Assembly (NCBI RefSeq): GCF_036321535.1
Contig: NC_087436.1
Location: 44,084,001 to 44,148,000, forward strand
Source: Camelus dromedarius
Lineage: Eukaryota
Length of the DNA stretch: 64,000 nucleotides
Reading direction: 5' to 3'
Shown here: positions 41,191 to 54,070 of the stretch, in pieces
Layout of the letters: the number at the start of each line of letters is the position of its first letter
Numbering within the stretch: the stretch's first letter is position 1
Notes under the pieces: generated by a model
Told to the model about the DNA's origin: nothing
The model's database searches: none
Seen by the model: the letters and a program-made list of their open reading frames with translations, nothing else
Made by a program: the position numbers and the translations under genes

Positions 41191-42627
41191 ATAAGGGCTC
41201 TTCCCAGTCCTCTCTCTTAATTGGCTGGGAGAAACATTTCTCCAGTTTGGGGATGAACCTCTTCCAGTCCTAACTGACATTGTAGCCACACTCTTGCTGC
41301 TCCATCCCACTACTCTAAAGCAGTTCCTGCCTCAGAGTACTCAAACAGTTTGAATACTTGGGATCTCTAGTGAGCCTCAAAAACTTCCTGTCTCTGAACC
41401 TATCCCCTCTTGTTTAGCCCTTTGAGAGATATACACCCTTTTCTCCTTAGTTCTGCCACCCTATCTGTTATGCTGAGACTTCTTAGAAAAGTATCACACC
41501 AGAATTTCTTTCTCCCTGAAGGAGGAAATAATTCTCGAGTTTGACAGTAGTCATCAAAGAAGCCAACTAAGGGAATTAAATGACCCTTTGACATCTTTTA
41601 TTTGCTTCATCTCTGACAGTACTAGAGTTGATTTTGGAAACACTGATCATTTGCCCCCTTTGAATCAGCTATAGCCCGCCTTATGGGCAAAATCTCCAAC
41701 TGATATTGGCAAAATTCACAGCACACCTCTTACCAAGATTCAGATATATTCCTCAGAACTTCTCCCCAGAATTAATCAATATTCTACAAGAAACCCTTCA
41801 AGATAAAAAGCCCATAATAGAAAATTGCAAGGCTCAAAGCTCACCTCTTGTACTACTCCCAAGTACATTATCCCTCGTCCTACCTTTAAGACTTCTATTT
41901 TACTGCTGAGAAAACCTAAAGGAAAGGGGTGGAGATTTGTTCAGAACCTCTGAGCAATAAACAACATTGTTATCCCTCCACACCCTACTGTTTCTAAGCC
42001 TCACATCCTTACTAACATCCACTTCCACCAGAAGCAAATTCTTTACTGTGACTGATTTATACAGTGCATTCTTTAGTATTCTAGTTGATAAAGTTAGTCA
42101 ATACATCTTTGTGCTCACTTGGGGAAAAAATTTTTTTTTACCTGAATAGTAATGCCTCGAGGTTTTTTACTGAGTCCCCTTATTCCTCAGAAATCCTGAA
42201 GGCTGACCTGAATGATATAAAGTTCCCTAGGGTTTCTACTTCGTTTGCCCAAACCAAGATGTGATATTTAGGGCATCTGACATCAGAACAAGTGCTACTC
42301 TAGGTTGAGATAAGCTTCACGGTTTCCCAAAACCCCAAACTAAACACCAACTGCAAGATTTTCTTGGACTATTTGGTTATTGCTAAAATTGGATTCCAAA
42401 TTTCTCTCTTATGGACAAATCTTTGTATGTTTTATTAAAGAACAACATCACTGACCCAATTTTATGGGAAGAACTGGACAACATAGCCTTTAAGAACTTA
42501 AAGGAGAGTTTGACCAACTTACCTGTCCTTGGATATCCCAATTATCAGATTCTCTTTTTCCTTTTTGTAAAGAAAATGAAAGGGATACCCTTGGGTTACT
42601 TACTCAAAGGCACAGGGACCACCATTG

Positions 42628-42664
<37 letters not shown>

Positions 42665-43608
42665 AATAAAATAGGGTATTATAGCCAGCAACCGGACACT
42701 GTGGCACGGGGACAACCCCCTTGCCTTAGAGCCGTTACTGCCACTGCTTTTGTGGTTAAGGCTGCTGAGGAAATCATTATGAGATCCCTTTAGTCATTTT
42801 TGTACCTCATGCAGTAGAAGCCCTCCTGAATTCTCATCACACGCAACAGTTCTTTGTCAGTCACTTTACCTCCTATGAAGTCTTTTTGTTAACTGCTCCT
42901 CACATAACTCTACATTGTAGTAACTTGAACCCTGTTACTCTTCTTCTCTGTCTCTGACCAAGTCTCTCACGACTGCTTGATGCTAACTGATGATCTCTTG
43001 ACTCCTTGTGATCATCTGCAAGAAATTCTTTTGGGTAATGCTGACTTCTCGTGCTTCCCTGATGGTCGTTATTTCAAGGGTGGCAGTATCATGCTGGGTG
43101 TACTCTTGCAACTTCTTTCAGTATTGTTGAGGCACGGTTTAACCTGTGGATACTTAGGCATAACTGGCTGAGTCATACACTCTTACACAGGCTTGTACTT
43201 TAGCCAAGGGCAAAGATGCCAACATTTATACTGATAGTAGATACGCTTTTGGAATAGTTTATGGGTTTGGAATGTTGTGGAAGCAATGTGGCTTCCTTAC
43301 TTCCAGCGAAAATAAAATGTCAGAAGGCCCGTATGTTCAGGAATTATCAGATGCAATACTTTTACCTGCCACTTTAGCTATTATTAAGATTCTGGGGCAT
43401 TCTAAACTTGACTCTGGAAGCTAAGGGAAATCACCTTGCTGACATTTCCACGAGGAAAACTGTCCATAAAGGAGTCAAACCTCAAAGTGGTGTTACCCCA
43501 GATGATAAATTAGAAAAACTGGCTAGAGAAACCCAACAATTGGCCTCAGAAAGGGAAAAATAAGATTGGAAATTCAACAATTGTGTTTAATAAAAAGAGA
43601 AAGACCTG
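41190..43608 (+). pseudogene. pol: ERV pro-pol remnant (protease, RT, RNase H), truncated before integrase
   Basis: VLTDIVAT (decayed DTGA, 41267-41290); WRFVQNL*AINN (41930); FTVTDLYSAFFSI (42042); VMPRGF; YLGH; RNase H NIYTDSRYAFG (43221-43253) and GNHLAD (43426-43443); many stops and frameshifts. Confidence 0.88.
42630..42661. repeat. (GT)n microsatellite inside ERV pol
   Basis: Direct observation. Confidence 0.95.
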
Positions 43609-44045
43609 GTCTTCTCATTTTTTAATTGGGTTGTTTGTTTGTGGCTTTTTTGATGTTAAGTTGTATGAGCTTTTTATATATTTTGCATATGAACCCTTTA
43701 TCAGTCATATCATTCGCAAATATTTTCTCCCATTCAGTAGGTTGTCTTTTAATTTTATTGATGATTTCCTTTGCTATGTAAAAGATTTTAAGTTTAATTA
43801 GGTCACATTTGTTTATTTTTGCTTTTATTTTCCTTGTTTTAGGAGACAGACCCCCCAAAATATTGCTATGATTTCTCCATGACAAGGAGTGTTCTATCTA
43901 TGTTTTCCTCAAGAAATTTTATAGTATTCAGTCTTGCATTTATGTCTTTAATCCATTTTGAGTTTACTTTTGCATATGGTGTTAGAGGATATTCTGATTT
44001 CATTTTTTTTATATGTAGTTGTCCAGTTTTCCCAGCACCACTTAA
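43609..44045 (-). mobile_element. Internal L1 ORF2 fragment lacking 3'UTR and tail
   Basis: Minus ORF 43622-43885 [42 protein letters not shown] is L1 ORF2. Confidence 0.9.
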
Positions 44046-44236
44046 GAAACTATGTGTTATAGTTTATCCTCTAGGGGGTAAACTTTAATACCAGCTTGCA
44101 AATTCAGTTTGTATTATTACCCAGAAGCTCTAAAATTTATGTTTGAGGATTTAAAAGAATAAAATTATTAGGAGATTAAGTACCTTTCTCACACAATATT
44201 GAGTCTATTACATTTTTACCCCCATTTCAAAACCTG

Positions 44237-45225
44237 AGTCTTAAGAAAATAAAAAGACAAGCCACAGATTGGGGGGACATATTTTCAAATAATACATCTG
44301 GTTAAGTAATTGTATCTGGACTATATAAAGAATGCATATAACTCAGTAATCAGAAGACAAATCACCCAGTTTAAAAATGGCCAAAAGATATAAATAGACA
44401 GTTCACAAAATTTATATATAAATGTCTGATAAGCTCGTGAAGAGATGTTCAACACCATCAGTCATTAGGAAAATGCACCACAAAATCACAATGAGACATT
44501 ACTATATACCCACTAAAATAGCTATAATAAAAAAGACTGACAATATCAAGTTTTTTTGAGAATCAGTAAAAATTGGATCCCATATATATTGCTGGTGAGA
44601 ATGCAAAAATAGTGCAGCTACTTTGGAAACAGTTTGGTGGTTCTTCAAAAAGTTAAACATAGAATTACCATATGATTCAGTAATTGGAGAATTGGAAACT
44701 TGTTTTCACACAAAAATTTGCACATGAATGCTCATTGCAGCATTATTTATAATAGCCAAAAAAGTAGAAACAACGCAGAAGTCCATCAAGTGATGAATAG
44801 ATGAAATGTGCTGTATCTGTCTATACAATAGAGTATTATTCAGTAATAAAAAGGAATAGCTATTGATACATGCTACACTATGGATGAAACGTAAAGCATG
44901 ACATTAAGTGAGAGAAACCAAATACAGATGACTACAAATTGTATCCTTTTACTTATAAGAAATCTTGAGAAAAGATTAATGTACAGAGATGAAAAATAAA
45001 TCAGTTATTCCCTGGGGCTGAGAGTAGGAATGGGAGTGACTGCAAGTAGGCCCCAGGGAATTTTTTGGGGGTGGTGGAAATGTTTTTAAATTAGACTGTG
45101 ATGGTTGTTGCACAACTCTACAAATTTATAATACTTAACAATAATAAAACACTAAAAATCATTGCATACTTACAATGGGCAAATTTTATAATACGTACAT
45201 TATAATTAAATTAAGCTGTTTTAAA
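44237..45225 (+). mobile_element. Old L1 (L1MB/MC-like) ORF2 end and 3'UTR
   Basis: aaaagacaagccacaga, agttaaacatagaattaccatatga, gactgtgatggttgttgcacaactct. Confidence 0.8.
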
Positions 45226-45554
45226 AAGCTTGAAGATCACAAATTCACTTATATATTTCCATTAATAAATGAAGGTACTGAATAAGTATTCAGAGGATTT
45301 AACCTTTCAGATTTCATCTTCTTTCAGTCTTTAATGAGGAAAGTGGGTCTAGCTCAATAAGTATACTCAATACTTAGTAAGTATACTTGTCTAAAGAAAA
45401 AAATATTTACCACTCTGCAGTTTCAGAAACTAGCTTACTGAATTAAAGTGTTTATGAGTTAGGTTGTAATCCAATGGCTGCTTATGCAGAAATCAAAATA
45501 TCGATAAGAAAACTAAGAGATACTGCCTATGACATGATTAAGTAAAAACACATG

Positions 45555-45557
<3 letters not shown>

Positions 45558-45595
<38 letters not shown>
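45558..45595. repeat. (CA)n microsatellite
   Basis: Direct observation. Confidence 0.95.
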
Positions 45596-45596
<1 letters not shown>

Positions 45597-48500
45597 GTAA
45601 GGAATTTATTTTCAATGATAACTTTGGGTTTCTTTACCTAATCTTATTCTGTATACTCCTGAGGGAGGCAGTGAATGAAGATTTACCACACGATGGCAAA
45701 AAGATAATCAAAGCCTATTATAAGCCATTCAGGAGAGATTACTATTTATCTTTTCATAGTGTTTTCAAGTGTGGCACATTATAATTTCTTTTTGGCATTT
45801 CTTGCATTATTTGTTCTGATAATCAGAAAGACATTCTTCATGCCATTTGAATTAAAACCTCCCTTCCTATAACTTACCTTGGGACAAAAATAGGGAAAAG
45901 TTTTGACTCTGTCCTGAAAATGTGCTGTTACTGAACTGACAGCCATAATTACTAAGTTTCTACTGACTCCTAGGCTGTGTAATGAAAGGCCCTGAGATGA
46001 GTTTGAAGGAGAAAGTTGGAGTGGCTTCAATTCTTCCTCACAAGAAAATACGAATTTTTTTTTTTTTCCCCATGAGAGATGGTGCCCAGAATAGAAGAGC
46101 TAGAAGCAGGAGGCAGTTGCAGAAATACTCACAGGGCTTTTTAGGAACAAGAATTTCAGTTTTATTTTTTAGATATTTATTTCTCCAGGGTAAATTCCCT
46201 CTACATTCCCGAAAAGTTGACAAAGTCAGCTCTTCTTAAAAGCATTTGTGAATATATGTGCATAAATGTTGTTTATGGATGATTGAAGGGATGAGACAGA
46301 CAAAAGCAAGAAAAGAAGCCAAGGTCCTGTGTGAATGCATTTGGACTGACAAGAATTAGTAAATGTAAAATGGATTCAGTAGATACAGAACCAAAAATGA
46401 TCATGGAACCATAAGCTTCCTGAACATTCTTAGAGATTTGGGGGAGAGTAAAACTCCTTGTATATGGGTTTAAAAGAAAGTGTCAAAACATTTGTTTGTA
46501 TTAACACATAGTATTTCTTTTGTTTTCAGAGGTCACTGAAGAGATGTATGGCGAGACATATTGTGAAATGCTTGGATGTACTACTTCCTTTGGCTGTTTG
46601 AGTACTATACATCTGACATACACAAAAAACTATTAGAGAAGAGAATTGGCATGTGTGTAGGTGTTTAAATCTGTCCTATAGTAATATTATCTTTAATCCT
46701 GTAACAATAATATTTGATGAATAAGGCCAGACCTAGTTTATGCTTTTAGGATGTCTGCAGTATAATTTATAAATGATATACTCTTCTATGTATCCCCAAG
46801 CCTGCTCTCCAGTGCTACTCTACTCTCCCCCACTCTGTTTACTGATTTCCCTGGTAAGAAATTCTGAATTTCTACATAATGTACTCATACTGCTGTTTCT
46901 CAATTTGTCATTTGGGACTTAGTTTTCTTAGAGTTCAGTTCGGAAAACTGCAACCATTCTAGGCATTTAGAGTAGGGAATTAGATGATTATCAAATTGTT
47001 AGTGGAGGGGCAGGCAACAATTCAGTGGGAGGCAAAGGCCACACAGGACCGTTGGATTCAATGGCATACCTTGCAGAGTGTGTGGCAAACTCATCAAGTC
47101 CAGACTAGACATTATAGTGTGAAGTCTGCCCACTGCAAACACTCTTATCTGTCCACCTTGTTTACCCACAGCCACAGTACAAAGAAATGGACTTTCCCTC
47201 ACTTCTGCCTTCCAAATCTCGAGTGAGTACATCTTACGACACAACTTAAATTTTATGCAGAACTGTAGCGTCAAGACGATTTGGGAAATGTGGCCAATTT
47301 TAGCTTCCCAGCCTCAGTGATTAAGGGAATATCTTGAAAGGGTGAGAATGTGTATTGAAAACCAAACAATCATACCTAGCACATGACAAATGTTCCACCA
47401 TCTCTTTCCCTTCTACTACATCCCTCCATGTAGTAACGTGATAAATTTGCGCTAAATCAACACTGTTTACATTATTATGACTGTGCAAATGTTATGCACT
47501 ATTAGGCCATGTTATGTGTGGCATCACATCTCTTTCTCATATAATACTTTTCCTTGCAGTCAATAATTCTGTTATTTATTCATTTGCCAGATTTACTTGC
47601 TAGTTTTTTCCAAATATTACATTTCTGTCACATGCCTGTCAACAACATTTTAAGTATATTTAGATGCAGCATGAATTGGGGAAGAGGGGTAAATATGAGG
47701 GAGCTGGCTTATATGTTTGGCTGCTGTTCTAAATAGGGTAGAAAAACGTAGTGTAGAGAGTAGGGTAGAAAAAAGTCTCAGCCTTTAGAGTTCACATTTT
47801 CACTTAGTCCTCTCCTCTGTTTTCACCCTTCCATGCCCCACACCGTGCTTTAGTTTATGAGAGTCCAGTGCTTCTCTGAGTCAATTTCTGGTCCTCAATG
47901 CATGAGGTGGGAAGGGGATTTAAACTTTCAACCGCTTAGTGTACAGGCATACAGACCTTCAACTAGGCCCTGGTTTTAGCTGATTCTATCTACCCCAACC
48001 CTGCCTTTTCCCATGAGAATTCAGATGTCTTAGCCCTGAGCCTTTAGCCAACAAAATTGGCCAGTTTACAGGTATACCTCTCTACAGACACTTAGATCAC
48101 ACTGCTAAATTATTTATCCCTTCTCCATTTGTTGAAATGTTTCTTATCTACTGTTGTCCATTCTTGTCTTTCTTATAGTTTATCTTCTTTTAATTCTTCT
48201 CTTTTTCTTCTTTTTTTTTTTGTGAGGTTCATGAGAAGAGAAGACATTTAAAAAAATGATCAATTAAGTATGCTTAACTGGAGATCTATGCCTTCCTGCC
48301 CCCACCCAAAACCAACCCATATTTTCTCAGTAAAGCATATTTGATTTTTGTTAGATAATTATGAAATCTTAGAAATGTTTAACCCATTTTTACATATAGA
48401 GAAATTAAGGCTCAGAAAGATTAAATAATGCATTTAAGATTAAATAGGTAGAAAGTGGCATAGCTAGGACTAAAAATTTGGCATCATGAATTTCTAGCGT

Positions 48501-49831
48501 AGCCCTAGCACCTGGAAGCCTAACGGCATTGTAGATATATTACTGTAAATATGGGTTAAATGAATAAATGATTTTAATAGATTCTCATCCAAACTTTCAG
48601 TTAACTATCCTATCAGGCATGCTGGTAATATTCTGTATCTTGATCTGGGCTCTTATTTTATTGTGTGCCCAGTTATGAAAATTCTACTTTCTATATGAAT
48701 CTTATCTGATGAAAGGGTAGAACCTGGAAAATCAGGAAGGATAAGGACTTGCATATGGCAATAAGGAAGATATGGAGTGAATGACCGTTCAAAGTATGTT
48801 GAGGGGAAGTCTGGCCTGCAGTTAGATCATAGTATCCAGAGGTACTGCTGCAGAAAGACAGTCCAGCCCAGTGGTATGAGTTGCATCAGAGAGTTTGAAG
48901 ATGTAACAAATGTTGTCAAGCAGGTGTACTGAGGGAAAGGCATATAAAAAGCTAAAACTAAAGCAGATAAAAAGCAATTGTAGATTTTTAGTAGCTATTA
49001 GGGCCTACAACCTGAAAGTAAAGATAGGAACCAAGACTAAAGCATTGGCAGGTTTTCAAGAATAAATTCATGATTCATTTCTTAAACCATCTCCAGTTTT
49101 CTCATATCCCTATAAAACCATGATGATAAAACTAACTTGAGTGCTCCAAAAGTGTGACTAATGTTTTAGTCAGTACACTACAGTTTATAAAAGAAATGAG
49201 ATGAGAGTACAAAAACAAATGTGATATATTATGTGAAAAGACTGTTAAGAAAAACTACTGTGCCTATTTTGTATATTTTAATTTTAAACAATTTTAATTT
49301 TTAAAATATAAATCACTCATGATTCCACCACTTTTTTGAGTATATAATATTTTTATGACAAAGTTACCAACAGTGTCCAGTTGGACTGCAAATATTAGCT
49401 TCCATTATTGTTTAAATATTTTATGGATATATGATAAACATGCAGAAAAGTGGTCATATTTTAAGTGTAAAACTCAATGGATTTTCACAAACTGAACACT
49501 GTTGTGTCAGGAAACCCAGATCAAAGCAAAGAACATTACCAGTGTTGCAGAAGCTCTCCTTGTGTTCCAAAGGCACTAACCAATACCCTCACCACGCTCG
49601 CAAAGGTGACTACTATCCTTCCAAACATCGTATATTAGTTTCATCAGTTTTTGTATTTTTTATGTATAGAATCATACATTATACACTGTTTTCGTATTTG
49701 ACTTCTTTCACTCATCATTGTTCATGAGATTCATCTGTATCATTAGATATAGTAGTAGACCATTCTCATTTTCATACAGTATTCCATGTTGAGAATATAT
49801 TACTCTTTATCCATTCTGCTGTTGATGGACT

Positions 49832-50433
49832 ATCAACATATCAATTATTTAAAAGAGAGAATTTAATAAAGAATTGGCTGAGTAAGTATAGAAGAGCTGC
49901 AAAGACAGAAGGGAACATTAAGGTAATACAAAGATATTAATTGCAGGAAGCACCTGTAGGGTTCATGGACAAAGGGAAGAGGCTGAGACTGTTAGAGCCT
50001 GGGTGTCTGAAGGAGTAGTTCTGCAGAGCAGACAGCTAGACACTTGAAGAGAGGTTGCTGCTTAGTTGGTGCTGGTACCTCGGGACCTTGGAAGACGAGT
50101 TCTCTGAGGGCTGTTGATGGTGCTGATGTCTCCGAGTGAGATGAGGAGGCTGGTTCTGGGAGTGTGGGAAAAACTGGAACCTGTAACCAATTGCTAACCC
50201 CAGAGTGAAGAATCATTACTGGGGTGAAGCTAACAGAAACAAGGAGCAAAACAGGAAGGAATCCAGTTCCTTTCCCCTCTTCCAGCTCCCCAGGCTCTCT
50301 TTAGCAGCCCCTTTTGGCAGAACCTAATGTAGTTATCTGACAAAGTGGAAATGTGCTTCACAGAATTCACATTTCATCATAATAAAACAGAGTACAGACT
50401 GGTGGTTTCAGAGCTGAGAAACAATAACTGGAA
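49832..50433 (+). mobile_element. LTR33/LTR41-like ERVL solo LTR
   Basis: ttggcagaacctaa...gaaatgtgcttcacaga...aataaaacagagtacaga..gagctgagaaacaata. Confidence 0.6.
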
Positions 50434-51089
50434 ACCTGTAGTTTCCAGGTTTTGTAAATCTGGCTTGTTACCAGTCATGATGCTGTGAACATTCTAGTTC
50501 TTGTGTTTTAGGAAACATGTATTTACATTTCAGTTGGGTTTATACCTGAGAGTGGGCTGCTGAGCCACAGACTATGCCTCTATTCAGTTTTAGTAGATAC
50601 TGCTAAATGATGTCCAAAGCTATACAAACTCATACTTTCACCGGCAATATACAGCTCCTTCACATCTATGCTATCATTTTAGCTGTTCTGGAGGATATGT
50701 AGTGGCATCTCATTGTGACTTTATTTGCATTTCCCTGACAACCAGTGAAGTTCAGCACATTTTAATAAATTTATTGGTCACTTTGATATCCTCTTTTGTA
50801 AAATGTCTATTCAGATCTTTTATTCATTTTTCCATTGGGTTTTCTGATTTTTTTCTTATTGATATGCAGGAGTTCTTTATATGCTAGATTTTAGCCCTTT
50901 ATTAGATACATGCATTGTGGATATTTTCGCCTAATCCATAGACTGTCTTTTCACTCTCCTACTAATGCCTGCTGATTGAAAAAAGTTATTAATTTTATGG
51001 TAGTCCAGTTTTTCAAAAACTTTCATTATAATTTACATATTTTGAGTTGTGTTTAAGGAATCTTTTGCTATTCAAGTTTACAAAAGTCA

Positions 51090-52478
51090 AAAGTACAAAT
51101 AACTTGACTTAAAAATGGACAAAGAACCTGAATAGATATTTTCCCGAAGAAGACACAGAAAGGTTGAACAGGTACATGAAAATGTGCTCAATATCATTAA
51201 TCATGAGGAAATGCAAATTAAAACCACAGTGAGCTATCATCTCATTTCTGTTAGGATGTTTATTATCAAAAGGACAAGAGAAAAATGTTAGCAAGAGTGT
51301 GGAGAAAAGGGAACTTGCACACTGTTGGTAGGAATGTAAATTGGTACAGCTGTTACCAAAAATAGTATGGACGTTCCTCAAAATATTACAAATAGAACTT
51401 CTGTGTGATTCAGCACCCCAACTTCTGAGTATATACCCAAAGAAATTGTAATTAGTACAGTTGGCCCTTGGCCCTCCATATTCTCAGGTTCCACATCTGT
51501 GGATTCAACCAACTGTGTGTAGAGAATATTTCAGTAAAAAATTCCAGAAAGTTTCAAAAAAGGAAAACTTGAGTTTACTGCGTGCTGCCAGTACTATGTT
51601 TACATAGTATTTAAAATTATTTACATAGCATTTACATTGTACTCAGTATTATAAATAATCTAGAGATGATGTAAAGTTTACAGTAGGATGTGCATAGGTT
51701 ATATACAAATACTATACCATTTTATATATGGGACTTGAGCATCTGAGGATTTTGGTATCCACAGGGGGTCCTGGAACCAATCCCCCATGGATACCAAGGG
51801 ATGACTGTATCTTGAAGGGTTATCTGTATTCCTGTATTCATTGCAGAGTTATTCACAATAGCCAAGACACTTATGTCCATCTTTGGATGAATGGATAAAG
51901 AAGATGTGAGATACATATATATATATATATACACACAAACACACACAGTAGAATATTATTCAGCCACAAAGGAAGGAAATCCTGCCATTTGCAGCAATGT
52001 GGATGGACCTTGAGAGCATTATGCTAAATGAAATATATCAGACAGAGAAAGACAAATACTGTATTATCTCACTTAACGTGTAGAACCTAAAAAAGTTGAA
52101 CTCATAGAACCGGAGAGTAGAATAGTTGTTGCTAGGGATTAGGGGGTGGGAGAAATGGGGAGATGTTGGTCAGATTTTCAATTATAAGATGAATAGTTTC
52201 TGGAGATCAAATGTACAGCATGGTGGCTATAGTTAATAACACTGTATACTTGAAATTTGCTAAGAGAGTAGATCTTGTGTCTCACCACAGACACACACAC
52301 ATAAACAATGGCACCTGTATGAGCTAATGGATGTGTTAATTAGCTTGATGTGGCAATCAGTTCACAATCTATATGTATATTAAATCCTCACATTGTACAC
52401 CTTTCACAAAATCATGTTGTATAACCTAAATATATACAATTTTTATTTGTCAACCATACCACAAAAAGCTGTGGGGGA
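51090..52478 (+). mobile_element. L1MA9-like 3' segment nested in the older L1
   Basis: gaaatcctgccatttgcagcaa, aatttgctaagagagtagatctt, ttgtcaaccatacc; candidate TSD aagtttacaaa / aagcttacaaa. Confidence 0.8.
51458..51807. mobile_element. MER2 (TcMar-Tigger MITE) with TA target duplication
   Basis: TA|cagttggccct...ggattcaaccaac...ggataccaagggatgactg|TA: terminal inverted repeats flanked by TA. Confidence 0.85.
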
Positions 52479-52742
52479 AAGAAGCTTACAAAGATATTCC
52501 TTCATGTTTTTCTCTAAGAACTTACTCCCCCTGTCTCCCACCACTTCACATTCAAATCTGCCATCCATCTGGAATTTATTTTGGGTATAGTGTAAAAAAA
52601 TTTATTTTGTGTATCGTGTATAGACACTTTTTTTTTTAATATGGAAAATTAAATGGACCCAGCACTATTTGTTGAAAGGAACATCCTTTTCCCCACTGCA
52701 CTTCAGGGTCACTTTTGCCATGTGTATAGGCTTGTTTATGGG

Positions 52743-52792
<50 letters not shown>

Positions 52793-52895
52793 TTATTGAA
52801 GTATAATCAGTTTACAATGTTGTGTCAATTTCTGGTGTACAGCCCAATACTTCAGTCATACAGGAACATACGTATATTCATTTTCCTATTCTTTT
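52743..52895 (-). mobile_element. Very short young L1 3' end whose tail region is a (TA)(CA)n microsatellite
   Basis: tttattgaagtataatcagtttacaatgttgtgtcaatttctggtgtacag; flanks ttgtttatgg / ttgttcatgg. Confidence 0.7.
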
Positions 52896-52923
52896 TGTTC
52901 ATGGACTCTTTATCCTTGGTCAC

Positions 52924-53564
52924 TGTATTAATTTTCTAGTGCTGTCATTGAAAACTATCATAAATTTAGTGGCTCAATACAACACCTATTTTTAATTTCA
53001 CAGCTCTGTGAGTCAGAAGACGATACAGTGTGGCTCTTCTGGGTCCTCTGCTTACAATCTAACAAGGAAATCAAAGTGTTGGCAAGGCTGAGCTCTTCTC
53101 TGGAAGCTCTGGAGATGAACTTGCTTCTGAGGTCGTTCAAGTTTTTGGTGGAATTCAGTTCCTTGTGGTTTTAGGACTGAGTTCCCCAGTCCTTGTTGGC
53201 TGTTAGCTGGGTGTTCAGTTTTTGCTTCTCAAGGCTATGCATTCCTTCTCATGCTTTCCAAATGGCTCTCCTCCAGCAACAGCAAGTCAAGTTTCTCTCA
53301 TATTTGAATTTCTCCTACTTGCCCTTCTGCTGCATCTCTGACTGGATTGTCTGCCTTCCTCTTTTGCTTTTGAGGGCTCATGTGATTACATTTGGCCCAC
53401 CTGGATAATCCAGGATAATATCTCTATTTTAAAGTCAGGTGATTAGTAACCATAATTATATCACAAAGTTTCTTCACAGCAATATCTTGATTAGGTTTGA
53501 CTAAATAACGGTGAGTAGTGATTTTGAATTGGGGGTTGGCATCTTCAGAATTCTGCCTACCATA
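52924..53564 (-). mobile_element. MLT1-family MaLR LTR
   Basis: tgtattaattttctag.gctg...gaattcagttccttgtgg...gattacatttggcccacctggataatccaggataat...ttctgcctaccata. Confidence 0.8.
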
Positions 53565-53961
53565 GTGGGTTTGTCTACATTTGCATCATACCACAATCTT
53601 AATTACCATAATTTTATAATAGTTTTGGATCTATGGCAGTGTAAGTTGTTCAGCTGTGTTCTTCAAGATTATCTTGGCTAATATATACATAATAGGAGTA
53701 TGAGAACAAGAGAAAATTGATAATGGGACAGAAGCAATATTCAAATAGATGATAGCCAGTATTTTCCAAAACTAATGAAAAGCATCAGAAATAGATATTG
53801 CCAAATTGCCCACAAAAATATTTGCCACAATTTACTGTTTCATTAACAGTGTATGAAAAGGCCTATTTCCTTCCATTATGACAAGACTCGGTTTTGCTTA
53901 AAAAATAAATGCTAATCTGATAGGTAAAACATGCAGTTTCCTCACTTTGAGTTCCATTTTA

Positions 53962-54070
53962 TTTGCTTATTTATTTTTAAAACGGAGGTACTGGGGATTG
54001 AGCCCAGGACCTCGTGCATGCTAAGCATGGGCTCTACATTGAGCTCTACATTGATCTCTACCCACCCTCC
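53962..54070 (-). mobile_element. tRNA-Ala-derived SINE (camelid vic-1 type) with perfect 14-bp TSD
   Basis: Minus strand ..AGCTCAATGTAGAGCCCATGCTTAGCATGCACGAGGTCCTGGGCTCAATCCCCAGTACCTCC plus an A-rich tail resembles tRNA-Ala(AGC). TSD tgagttccatttta at 53948-53961 and 54071-54084. Confidence 0.88.

Larger units (their letters stand above)
49410..53680 (-). mobile_element. Old L1 (L1MC/ME-like) hosting several nested insertions
   Basis: Antisense L1 motifs resume after each insert: ttaagtgtaaaactcaatggattttcacaaactgaacac; gtggcatctcattgtg; cccagcactatttgttgaaa; cttaattaccataattttataatag. Confidence 0.7.

Noticed and set aside
53980..54070. Functional tRNA-Ala gene
   Set aside because: TSD, A-rich tail, altered T-loop/B-box (GGCTCAA) and internal duplication indicate a SINE.
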